Assembly (NCBI GenBank): GCA_964443385.1
Contig: CAYUCO010000032.1
Span: forward strand, 1 to 52,598
Origin: an uncultured Dehalococcoidia bacterium
Lineage (GTDB): Bacteria; Chloroflexota; Dehalococcoidia; Lucifugimonadales; UBA2985
Reading direction: 5' to 3'
Length of the DNA stretch: 52,598 bases
The translations under genes were made by a program, and so were the position numbers. Below, piece after piece: positions 18,816 through 28,058 of the stretch; the first letter of the stretch is position 1, and each line of letters starts with the position of its first letter. The notes under the pieces were generated by a model. The model had not been told where the DNA came from and ran no database searches. It saw only the letters and a list, made by a program, of their open reading frames with translations.

Positions 18816-19331
18816 TCAAAGATGTAAAAGAGACGTAAAGTCATAATGTGAAAAGTTTTTTGCGCCTGCTAAATCAACCAGGTCAGCAAAGACCGAAATA
18901 CCTGCTACATCCCCGCCAGATCTTTTTACTAATTCAATTGCGGCATGCAATGTGCCTCCGGTAGCAAGGATATCATCAACTATTAAAATTCTGCGACCCA
19001 AATCCACGCTGTCAGAATGAATCTCCAAGGTCTCGGTACCATATTCTAATGAATATTCTATTCGTGAAGTTTCGCCCGGCAATTTACCTTGCTTCCTGAT
19101 AGGAATAAATCCACACCCTAATTGATAAGCAATAGGCGCTCCAAATATATAACCTCTAGCTTCTATTGCTACCACACTATCTATAGATTTTTCAATGAAT
19201 GGCTCTGACATATCTCTAATTGCAGACTGGAAAGCAAAATTGTTCTTCAAAAGAGGCGTTATATCTTTGAACAGGATCCCAGGCTTGGGAAAATCAGGTA
19301 TTTCTCTAATAAAATCTAGATAATTTATCAA
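18816..19331 (-). CDS. apt: Adenine phosphoribosyltransferase
   Basis: The N-terminus IPDFPKPGILFKDITPLL and the PRPP loop LIVDDILATGGT are present. The TTG start lies 7 nt after GGAG. Confidence 0.9.
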   Translation of the reverse strand: MINYLDFIREIPDFPKPGILFKDITPLLKNNFAFQSAIRDMSEPFIEKSIDSVVAIEARGYIFGAPIAYQLGCGFIPIRKQGKLPGETSRIEYSLEYGTETLEIHSDSVDLGRRILIVDDILATGGTLHAAIELVKRSGGDVAGISVFADLVDLAGAKNFSHYDFTSLLHL

Positions 19332-19501
19332 AACCCAACTCCGTAAAGAAAGTGTTACAAAACAGACATCGCATTGGAATATAGCAATATGTATCTTTCA
19401 GTGTCAACTTTTTAGTAGATCTGTTATTGTTCGAACACTATATTGTTTTCTGATAGAATAACCAGTAAACCTAGAATCCTAACTTGTTAACGGAGACTAC
19501 C

Positions 19502-20770
19502 ATGGGATTTGCTACCACAATTTCCCTGAACCCGAGGAACATGTTTTATGGTTGGTGGATAGTATCCGTAGGTGTGGTATTAGCTTTAATAAATGGCAGT
19601 TTTTATGTATATGGATTTGGGGTATTTTATCTCCCTCTATTGAATGAACTTGGCACTACTAGGGCCGCGTTGGGAGGTGTGATTGGCCTTGCAAGATTGG
19701 AAGGGGGCCTCATAGCTCCCATTGCAGGTTGGCTGATTGACAAGTTTGGCCCGAGAAAACTACTTTACATTGGTTTATCCACAGTCGGAATATGCTTCCT
19801 GTTACTAAGTGTTATCACTAAATTGTGGATGCTATATGTAGTGTTTATGTTAATAGCAACAGGTTCGAGTTTTGGTGGAGGACGCCCAATAAGTGTTGCA
19901 GTTGCAAATTGGTTTTTGAGAAAAAGGGCTCGGGCATTAGGCATATTATTGGCAGGCATTGGATTAGGCGGAAGTGGGGTATTCTTTGTAGCCTGGATCA
20001 CCGAAAGTTTTGGATGGAGAACAAGCGCTATTGTGGCAGCATTATGCTACTTTTTTATTGCAATACCTTTAGTTTCTCTTGTATACCATAAACCTGAAGA
20101 TTTGGGCTTACACCCGGACGGTATTCCAGTAGAACAATCCTTGAGTACAAACTCTGCGGATGAACCGCTTGAACTCGAACTAACTCCCAAACAAGCCCTG
20201 CAATCGATTTCATTTTGGCTACTTGCTATAGCATTTGCCGCCTGGTCTGTAACAGTTACAGTCGTGGCCATATATCACATACCTTTTCTGATTGAAGATT
20301 TGGGAACCAGCCCAGTACAAGCCGCCTCAATAGCATCATTAACTTTGTTATTATCCGTACCTGGAAGGATAATATTTGGATGGATAGGAGATATTCTAAA
20401 TATAAGAATACTACTTAGTGCAACATTATTCGTACAGGCTATAAGCATCTTAATAATGTCTCTCGTTACATCACCCTCATGGGTCCCATTGTATATGGCA
20501 CTACTGGGACCTTCTTACGGAGGTTCAGCTTCACTGCGACAAGCTATAGTAGCCCATTTTTATGGCCGCAAAAATTTTGGCACAATAAGTGGGCTGCTTC
20601 AATTCGTTGACCTGCCAGGTGCCGTACTTGGACCAATCTTAGTAGGCTGGTTAGTAGATAGTTTCGATGGTTATAGTGTTGGGTTTCAGGCCGCAGCCGG
20701 ATTCTTGTTTATTGGAGCCATTGCAGTTTTCGTCGCCAAAAGACCAAACCCAAACAAAATCAATCAATAA
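19502..20770 (+). CDS. MFS transporter (12-TM, oxalate/formate-antiporter-like)
   Basis: Hydrophobic 12-helix pattern with the N-terminus YGWWIV and the loop motif GWLIDKFGPRK. The ATG at 19502 lies 6 nt after GGAG. The ORF-track TTG start is at 19484. Confidence 0.8.
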   Translation: MGFATTISLNPRNMFYGWWIVSVGVVLALINGSFYVYGFGVFYLPLLNELGTTRAALGGVIGLARLEGGLIAPIAGWLIDKFGPRKLLYIGLSTVGICFLLLSVITKLWMLYVVFMLIATGSSFGGGRPISVAVANWFLRKRARALGILLAGIGLGGSGVFFVAWITESFGWRTSAIVAALCYFFIAIPLVSLVYHKPEDLGLHPDGIPVEQSLSTNSADEPLELELTPKQALQSISFWLLAIAFAAWSVTVTVVAIYHIPFLIEDLGTSPVQAASIASLTLLLSVPGRIIFGWIGDILNIRILLSATLFVQAISILIMSLVTSPSWVPLYMALLGPSYGGSASLRQAIVAHFYGRKNFGTISGLLQFVDLPGAVLGPILVGWLVDSFDGYSVGFQAAAGFLFIGAIAVFVAKRPNPNKINQ

Positions 20771-22935
20771 TTTACCGAAAAAGTTGATCCGTCCGAGGTT
20801 TTCACAACCTCTATACGGGATTCAAATGCTTCTTTTAAATTATCTATATGGGTAATTACAATTATTTTTTGGAAATCATCCTGTATAGCCTTTATGGCAC
20901 CGATAAGTTTATCCAGACCGTCAGCATCTTGAGTGCCAAAACCTTCGTCTATAAAAAGCGTAGGAAGTGGGGCTCCTGATCGATGGGCAAGTAATTTAGA
21001 CAATGATATCCTCAATGCAAAATTTATGCGGAATGCCTCTCCGCCACTATAAGTCTCATAACTTCTTGTACCCAATTCATCAGATATTTTTATGTCTAAT
21101 GTTTCTCTCGGATCGCCTCCAGTTCTACTTTCCCTTTGCGTTTCAAGCTTAAGGCTCATACGATAATCCGTTATACGCCCAAGAATTTCATCTGCTTCAT
21201 TCTCTAGCTCCGGGATTGCCTGTTCGATTATTAATGCCTGTATACCACCTTTCCCAAATGCTAAAGATAACTGTTCATACAAGCCTTTCTCATTAGCCAT
21301 TTCTTGCAAATCTTTCATCTTGTCTGTTCTAATCTGAATCAAGCCATTAAGCCTGTCTAAGTTTCCCTGAATGGCTCCTATATTGTGCAGAGTCTGTTCC
21401 CTTTGGATTCTCAATGTACCCAGCTCAATCTTTGCCTGCTCGTAAAATTTATTATTCTCATTTGAGGTGTCTAGGTCAAAATCAAGTTCATTTAAATCTT
21501 TTTGAATTTCTTTTAGTCTGCCAATGGAATATTCCATCAAAGTTCTTTCATTTTCCAAGGACAACTGTGCTTGTTTGACCATCTCTTTACTAACTCTTGC
21601 TGATTCCAGTTCCTTGAATAAATTATCCCTATTAGCCTCCGCTATTTTACGATCAGACAAATAATTCTCTTCCTTGTTAGAAAGTTTTTTCTGCATAATA
21701 TTAACTTGCTTCTCAGTTTGCTTCGCTATTTTGTCGTTCTCCCTATGCTGTGCCGCTTTTTGTTTACCTTCCGACTCGTACAATTTTGCAAGTCTCAGAC
21801 ATCCTTCGGCTCCTAGTTCTTCCCCACACAAAGGGCAGTCCGGATTAACGTCCCCTGCTTTAGTCTGCTCCCATAACAAATCTACTTTTATTCGAAGATC
21901 TTCCATGTCATTTTTCAGATTTATATTTTCTTCCTTTGTACTTACTATATCGGCAAGGAGTCTGTTAATCTTTTCCTTTTCTTGACTTATTGCCTGTGGT
22001 AACAAAGTTATCTTTTCTAAATCACTTTCTGACAATTTAAGCTGTCTTTCTAATACACCAATAGAATTACTTTTTTGTTCCAGAGCATCCAAAGTTTTAA
22101 TCTGGCTTTCAACATTTGTCTCTCTGCTATTTATTTCGTCCAACATGCGTTTTTGTTCATTTTCTAATCTATCTAATTCAATACGTACACGATTCTGCTT
22201 CTGTAATTCAGTAAAATAGATTTCGACCTTGTCCTCTAAATCAGATATTTGCACATCCAATATCCCAGTCTCACTTTTAGCGGCTTGCAATCTAGATTCG
22301 AAATCCTGTTGACTAGAAAGATCCGAATCAATATTTTCTATTTCAAAACGAGTAGAACTTGCTTCAGAATCTTTTTGTCTCGTTATCAACCTTGCTTTTT
22401 CTGACAACTTATCGTACCACTCAAGCCCCAACACCTCCCCAAGCAATTCCTTCCTCTTGGAAGGTGTACTGGTGGTAAATAAGTCTGATTTGCCCTGCAA
22501 CAAGAATGCACTGCTAATGAAGGTTTCGTAGTCCATATGCAGCAGGTTTCGTATTTTGGCCTCAGTTTCCCTAATTGAATTACCCACTATAGGAAGATAA
22601 GTTCCGTCAGACATTAGTTGGAATAAGTCCAACATCGTGGATCCTTGTCTCCCGCCTTTAGGCTTTGCATATCTCCTAGATACCCTATATCTTTCCGAAT
22701 CTACTCTGAATTCCAAATCTACGCCCATTTCAGTCTCACCTTGAAATACTAATTCCTCCTGGGATCGAGATCTAGCTGAACCCCAAAGAGCCCACGTAAT
22801 AGCGTCCAATAGGGCAGATTTGCCATGTCCGTTGTCCCCTGACAAACACGCTACATGTATGCCATCTAAATTCAATCTTGGCACATTATCGCGATAAGAC
22901 AGAAAGTTTTTCACCTGTAGGCTAATAGGTATCAC
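20764..22935 (-). CDS. sbcC: SbcC/Rad50-like SMC-type ATPase with central zinc hook (short, 723 aa)
   Basis: Walker A GDNGHGKSALLDA, a long coiled coil, the CPLC hook at 21826-21837 (residues 367-370), signature YSGGEAFR, Walker B LFIDEGFG and H-loop VITH are all present. GTG start. Confidence 0.8.
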   Translation of the reverse strand: MIPISLQVKNFLSYRDNVPRLNLDGIHVACLSGDNGHGKSALLDAITWALWGSARSRSQEELVFQGETEMGVDLEFRVDSERYRVSRRYAKPKGGRQGSTMLDLFQLMSDGTYLPIVGNSIRETEAKIRNLLHMDYETFISSAFLLQGKSDLFTTSTPSKRKELLGEVLGLEWYDKLSEKARLITRQKDSEASSTRFEIENIDSDLSSQQDFESRLQAAKSETGILDVQISDLEDKVEIYFTELQKQNRVRIELDRLENEQKRMLDEINSRETNVESQIKTLDALEQKSNSIGVLERQLKLSESDLEKITLLPQAISQEKEKINRLLADIVSTKEENINLKNDMEDLRIKVDLLWEQTKAGDVNPDCPLCGEELGAEGCLRLAKLYESEGKQKAAQHRENDKIAKQTEKQVNIMQKKLSNKEENYLSDRKIAEANRDNLFKELESARVSKEMVKQAQLSLENERTLMEYSIGRLKEIQKDLNELDFDLDTSNENNKFYEQAKIELGTLRIQREQTLHNIGAIQGNLDRLNGLIQIRTDKMKDLQEMANEKGLYEQLSLAFGKGGIQALIIEQAIPELENEADEILGRITDYRMSLKLETQRESRTGGDPRETLDIKISDELGTRSYETYSGGEAFRINFALRISLSKLLAHRSGAPLPTLFIDEGFGTQDADGLDKLIGAIKAIQDDFQKIIVITHIDNLKEAFESRIEVVKTSDGSTFSVNY

Positions 22936-23133
22936 TGATTAATCATCTCTTTCCCTGAGGCAATGCAAGTGCCATGACTGATATATGCATAAATATGCTT
23001 GTAAGTGCGCGCCAATTCCTTAATTATAAAGGATGACATCAATTTTACTATATTTTACTATACATATAGACTAAAATGTAAACCTGAATTTATTCACACT
23101 TAAGTAATTAATCGGTTTTAACGGAGTAATCCA

Positions 23134-24483
23134 ATGAATAACCCTGGATCACTTTTAGAAGAAGATAGCTCGCTGTTTGTTGACCTATATGAACTCACTA
23201 TGGCTCAGAGTTATCTGGAAAATGGAATGTCTGCCAATGCAACGTTCAGTTTGTTTGTGCGCCCTTCCAAAACAACTAGGTCCTATTTGGTTTTTGCTGG
23301 ACTGACAGAAATCATTGACTATATACTGACATATCGTTTCTACGAGGAAACCGTAGGATATTTAAAATCGACAAACCTGTTCAATAATAAATTTCTAGCT
23401 TATCTCGAAAACTTTCGATTCACTGGTACTATAAGATCTATGAAGGAAGGTACCATTTTTTTCTACAATGAACCCATTATGGAAGTAGAGGCTCCTATAA
23501 TTGAGGCTCAAATACTCGAGACTCTTATTTTAAATTTGGTTCACCACCAAACTCTTATAGCTACAAAGGCCGCGAGATGTGTTTCTGCAGCCAACAAAAA
23601 AAGTTTGTCGGATTTCTCACTCAGAAGAAGTCACGGTATTGATGCAGGAATGAAATCCGCTAGAAGTAGTTTTTTAGCGGGGTTTGATACTACCAGCAAT
23701 GTTCTGGCAGGAAAAACTTATGGCATTCCACTGAGTGGCACGATGGCTCATTCTTACGTAAGTAGCTTCCACAAAGAAATAGATGCGTTTCGCACCTATG
23801 CCCAAGACAACCCTACTAATACTGTTCTTTTGATCGACACTTATGATGTTAAAACCGGTGCCAAAACAGCCACAATTGTCGGCAAGGAAATGGAATCTAG
23901 AGGACAAAAATTGAAAGCAGTAAGAATTGACAGTGGTGACCTTGTGTCCCTAAGCAAGATTGTTAGAGATATTTTGGATGGTGCAGGCCTGCAATATGTT
24001 CAAATAATTGCTAGCGGCGGTTTAGATGAATATCAAATATCTGACTTGGTAGATAAAGAATGTCCAATAGATGTTTTTGGTATAGGAACTCGTCTAGGGA
24101 TATCCGAAGACATGCCATCATTAGATATGGTGTATAAATTAGTCAACTATGATAATCGAAATATTAAAAAATCTAGTGAAGGCAAAGAATACTTGTCAGG
24201 CAAAAAACAAGTCTTCAGAGTGTTGGATAAAGACAGTAACATGAGTCAAGACATAATTGGCTCTCACAATGAATCCATTCCACCAAATTCCGTCCCTTTG
24301 CTTGAAGAAATGGTTTCCGAAGGAAATATTGTAGCAACATTACCAGATCTCGAAACAATTCGGAGATATTTCACACAAGAGTTTTCTACTCTTGATAGTA
24401 AGTATAAGTTATTAGAAAAAGCTTCTAAATACCCAGTTAATATTAGCAGCGAACTGGAACTGCTACAAAATCCTCGAATTTAA
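23134..24483 (+). CDS. pncB: Nicotinate phosphoribosyltransferase
   Basis: The NAPRTase N-terminus DLYELTMAQSY, plus GTMAHS and IDSGD, are present. GGAG lies 7 nt upstream of the ATG. Confidence 0.85.
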   Translation: MNNPGSLLEEDSSLFVDLYELTMAQSYLENGMSANATFSLFVRPSKTTRSYLVFAGLTEIIDYILTYRFYEETVGYLKSTNLFNNKFLAYLENFRFTGTIRSMKEGTIFFYNEPIMEVEAPIIEAQILETLILNLVHHQTLIATKAARCVSAANKKSLSDFSLRRSHGIDAGMKSARSSFLAGFDTTSNVLAGKTYGIPLSGTMAHSYVSSFHKEIDAFRTYAQDNPTNTVLLIDTYDVKTGAKTATIVGKEMESRGQKLKAVRIDSGDLVSLSKIVRDILDGAGLQYVQIIASGGLDEYQISDLVDKECPIDVFGIGTRLGISEDMPSLDMVYKLVNYDNRNIKKSSEGKEYLSGKKQVFRVLDKDSNMSQDIIGSHNESIPPNSVPLLEEMVSEGNIVATLPDLETIRRYFTQEFSTLDSKYKLLEKASKYPVNISSELELLQNPRI

Positions 24484-24587
24484 CTAAACCCAATTAATAT
24501 CCACTCCCCTTTTGTGTCCAACGTTATAATGTTATACTCCTATAGCTCGTCAAACTACATCTATTGGATTGGATTTAGAGGTTAACT

Positions 24588-25805
24588 TTGAATAAAAATT
24601 TGAATTGGCTGGAAAATGGAACTGTAACATCTCCAAAAAAATTCCTAGCAGGAGCAACTTACTCAGGAATAAGAACGTATGCAGAAGATAAATTAGATTT
24701 GGGAATCTTATATTCCGAGACTCCGTGCACAGTTGCGGGTACATTCACAAAAAATCAAATTAGATCGTTATCGGTAGTATTAGACCAAAAAAGAGTATCA
24801 ACAGGCCGCAGTCAAGCTCTTATTGTTAACAGTGGGATAGCAAATGCTTGTGTCGGAGAACAGGGCATGACAGATGCTATAGAAATGGCATCATTGGCAG
24901 CCGCACACCTCGGAATAGACCAAGAACTAGTCCTAGCCTCTAGCACTGGGCTAATCGGAGTGGAATTACCTATGGCACTCATAAGAAGTGGAGTAACTAA
25001 GATAAAGGTAGAACCAGACGGTGGACAAGCATTAGCTAGAGCAATAAAAACCACTGACAGAGTATCTAAAGAATTTGCTGTTGAATTCCAAATTGGGGGA
25101 AACAGCTACATACTGGGCGGTATAGCCAAAGGCTCTGGTATGATACATCCAGACATGGCTACTATGCTTGCATTTCTATCCACTGACGCACCGGTAAACG
25201 CACATTTTCTACAAAAAACATTGTCAGAATCAGTAGCTGGTTCTTTTAATATGATAGACGTAGACGGTGATACAAGCACCAATGATAGTGTCATAATATT
25301 CTCAAACGGAGCAGGAGGAGGAGAGGAAATTAATGATGACAGTAGAGACAGTGACGTTTTTGCTGAAGCATTAAACGAAATATGTATAGCACTAGCTAAA
25401 GAAATAGCCAAAGACGGAGAAGGGGCATCAAAACTTATAGAAGTTACTGTTGAAGGAGCCTCCAACACCGATGATGCCATATTGGGGGCCAAATCTATTG
25501 CGGCATCCACTCTAGTTAAGTCAGCAATACATGGAGAAGACCCAAACTGGGGCAGGATAATGGTAGCCCTTGGATATAGCGGTGCTAAAGTGGAAGAGAG
25601 TTTGGTTTCACTTTACATTAACAATGTGTGTCTTATGGAGTCTGGAATACCTATACCGTTCTTCAAAGACGCAGTTTCTTTAACTATGGCGGAAGATGAA
25701 GTCACAATAAAAGTGGAGCTAAATTTAGGAGAATCGTCTGCCACTGCTTGGGGCTGCGATATTAGTGAAGAATATGTATCATTCAATAGTGAGTATACCA
25801 CTTAA
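24588..25805 (+). CDS. argJ: Bifunctional ornithine acetyltransferase / N-acetylglutamate synthase
   Basis: The autoprocessing site PDMATMLAFL and the DGDTSTND motif are present. The TTG start lies 6 nt after AGAGG. Confidence 0.9.
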   Translation: MNKNLNWLENGTVTSPKKFLAGATYSGIRTYAEDKLDLGILYSETPCTVAGTFTKNQIRSLSVVLDQKRVSTGRSQALIVNSGIANACVGEQGMTDAIEMASLAAAHLGIDQELVLASSTGLIGVELPMALIRSGVTKIKVEPDGGQALARAIKTTDRVSKEFAVEFQIGGNSYILGGIAKGSGMIHPDMATMLAFLSTDAPVNAHFLQKTLSESVAGSFNMIDVDGDTSTNDSVIIFSNGAGGGEEINDDSRDSDVFAEALNEICIALAKEIAKDGEGASKLIEVTVEGASNTDDAILGAKSIAASTLVKSAIHGEDPNWGRIMVALGYSGAKVEESLVSLYINNVCLMESGIPIPFFKDAVSLTMAEDEVTIKVELNLGESSATAWGCDISEEYVSFNSEYTT

Positions 25806-25855
25806 AACCGCCAAACAAATGGCCAATTAATTGCACAATATATCGGAAAATTAAC

Positions 25856-26650
25856 TTGTTTAAAGATTCATCAAAAAAAACATTCTTGATCAAAATAGGT
25901 GGAAGTATCCTGGGCAGTCAAGATTCAACCATCGAGGACATTGTGACACTACAAAAACAGGGCCATAAACCCATAGTAGTACACGGTGGAGGGCAAGTAA
26001 TATCTGGATGGATGGAAAAACAAGGGCTTGAACCAAAATTCCTAAATGGCTTACGAATAACCGACTCTGCTAGTTTGGATATTGTAGTTGCAACTCTTGC
26101 TGGCCTTGTAAACAAGAACCTAGTATCCGACATACAGAAAATCGGAGGCAAGGCAATAGGAATAAGTGGAGTGGACGGAGAGATGTTACAAGCAGACATA
26201 TTAGATCCTGACCTTGGCTATGTAGGTAGAGTTACTAAAGTTAACCCTGAACCAATCGAACAAATAGTTAGAGGCGGCTATATACCAGTAATAGCACCAA
26301 TAGCCATTCACAAAGCTGAGTCACAAGATCAAAATGGTGTCATCTTAAACGTCAATGGTGACACTGCTGCGGGTGCAATAGCAAAAGAATTGGCCGCAGA
26401 TTTTGTGATATTTCTAACAGATGTGGAAGGCATTATGGATTCCGATAGCAATGTATTAGAATCCATAGAGTTAGAGAAAATATCGGGCCTTATAAGATCT
26501 GGAACTATCAATGGCGGTATGGTGCCAAAAGTACAGGCTTGTATAAAAGCTCTCGAGAAGGTTGGATCAGCTCAAATAATAGACGGGAGGAAAAGCAGAG
26601 CTCTTCTGAATTTTTTTGCCGGTGACAATACCGGCACCCGCATTATATAA
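25856..26650 (+). CDS. argB: Acetylglutamate kinase
   Basis: Amino-acid kinase fold with IKIGGS, VVHGGG and NVNGDTAAG. TTG start. Confidence 0.9.
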   Translation: MFKDSSKKTFLIKIGGSILGSQDSTIEDIVTLQKQGHKPIVVHGGGQVISGWMEKQGLEPKFLNGLRITDSASLDIVVATLAGLVNKNLVSDIQKIGGKAIGISGVDGEMLQADILDPDLGYVGRVTKVNPEPIEQIVRGGYIPVIAPIAIHKAESQDQNGVILNVNGDTAAGAIAKELAADFVIFLTDVEGIMDSDSNVLESIELEKISGLIRSGTINGGMVPKVQACIKALEKVGSAQIIDGRKSRALLNFFAGDNTGTRII

Positions 26651-26833
26651 TTTATTCTCATTCACCCTCTAAAAAAACCCATAAACCGTTATCCTGAAAG
26701 AGAAGTCTCAGAAAAATCACAATTCTATACCACATAACACAATGTACATTAAATGAATTAACACATAATACCTTTTGATTCTGGAAAACCTAGGTAAATT
26801 TACAGCAATCTACGAATAAGGAGATTTCATAAT

Positions 26834-28021
26834 ATGAGTGAACTAATCAACAGAGAAAACAAATACTACATGCAAGTTGCCAGAAGACAACCAGTTGTGA
26901 TAGTCAAAGGTCAGGGTACTATTGTATGGGATGAAGATGATAAAGAATACTTGGATTTTACGGCCGGATGGGCAGTGAATAATTTAGGGCATTGTCATCC
27001 CGCATTGGTAAAAGCTGTTCAAGAACAAGCACAAACTCTAATGCAAACATCAAACCAATTCTTCACTGTGCCTCAAATTAATCTAGCACAAGTATTAATC
27101 GACAATAGTTGTTTAGACAGAATTTTCTTGAGTAATAGTGGAGCTGAAGCAAACGAAGGAGTAATCAAACTCGCGAGGAAATACGGAAAACTTAACAGGA
27201 ACGGGGCCTATGAAGTGATTACTGCGTTAAATTCCTTCCATGGCAGGACCCTCACAATGGCTGCAGCCACAGGTCAACCTCATTACCAAGAACAGTGGCA
27301 GCCACTAGCTCCTGGCTTTGTGAATGTCCCATATAACGATATAGAATCCATAAAATCTGCTACCAATGATAAAACTTGCGCTGTAATGATAGAACCGGTT
27401 CAGGGAGAAGGTGGAGTTAACGTACCGGATGCAGGCTACCTGAAAGCTGTTCGCCAATGGTGTGACGAAAATAATTTAGTCATGATATTGGACGAAGTGC
27501 AAACTGGTCTAGGAAGGCTTGGAACTCTCTTTGGCTATCAAAAATTCGGAGTAGAGCCAGATGCAATCACATTGGCAAAAGGCTTAGGAGGTGGAGTTCC
27601 TATAGGAGCCTTTTTGGCAAAAGATAAATTCTGTGTTCTAGCTCCTGGAGATCATGGATCAACTTACGGAGGAAATGCTCTAACGTGTGCAGGAGCATTC
27701 GCTGTTGTAGATTATATAGTAAAAAATAACATTTCAGATGAGGTTAATTCACTATCGGAGCACCTTAAAAAGGGCCTAGAATTACTGAAAGAGAAACATA
27801 AGGCTATTGAGGAAATCCGCGGAATGGGCCTATTAATAGCTGTTCAGTTCAATTCAGATATTTCTGGTGATATAGTGGGTCAATCCAATCAAGAGGGGTT
27901 GTTACTTAATCCAGTAAGGCCTAATGCCATTCGCATAATGCCACCACTTACAGTTAGCTATAATGAAATTGACATGGCTATAAGTAAATTGGATGCTGCG
28001 ATAGGCAAGATAACATCTTAA
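26834..28021 (+). CDS. argD: Acetylornithine aminotransferase (class III)
   Basis: Motifs SGAEANEG and LDEVQTGLGRLG are present, with the PLP lysine context TLAKGLGGG. AAGGAG lies upstream. Confidence 0.9.
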   Translation: MSELINRENKYYMQVARRQPVVIVKGQGTIVWDEDDKEYLDFTAGWAVNNLGHCHPALVKAVQEQAQTLMQTSNQFFTVPQINLAQVLIDNSCLDRIFLSNSGAEANEGVIKLARKYGKLNRNGAYEVITALNSFHGRTLTMAAATGQPHYQEQWQPLAPGFVNVPYNDIESIKSATNDKTCAVMIEPVQGEGGVNVPDAGYLKAVRQWCDENNLVMILDEVQTGLGRLGTLFGYQKFGVEPDAITLAKGLGGGVPIGAFLAKDKFCVLAPGDHGSTYGGNALTCAGAFAVVDYIVKNNISDEVNSLSEHLKKGLELLKEKHKAIEEIRGMGLLIAVQFNSDISGDIVGQSNQEGLLLNPVRPNAIRIMPPLTVSYNEIDMAISKLDAAIGKITS

Positions 28022-28058
28022 TAAAACACATTAATCATAAAATAAGGAGTCCCATAGA

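Noticed and set aside
24550-24744. 64-aa minus-strand ORF overlapping the argJ start
   Set aside because: It is antisense to the conserved argJ N-terminus, and its hydrophobic low-complexity product has no support.
26741-26769. ARG-box-like sequences (AATGTACATTAAATGAATTAACACATAAT) in the 183-nt argB-argD spacer
   Set aside because: Only one TGAAT half-site matches. The partner half-sites are poor (2/5), which is indistinguishable from background in AT-rich DNA.
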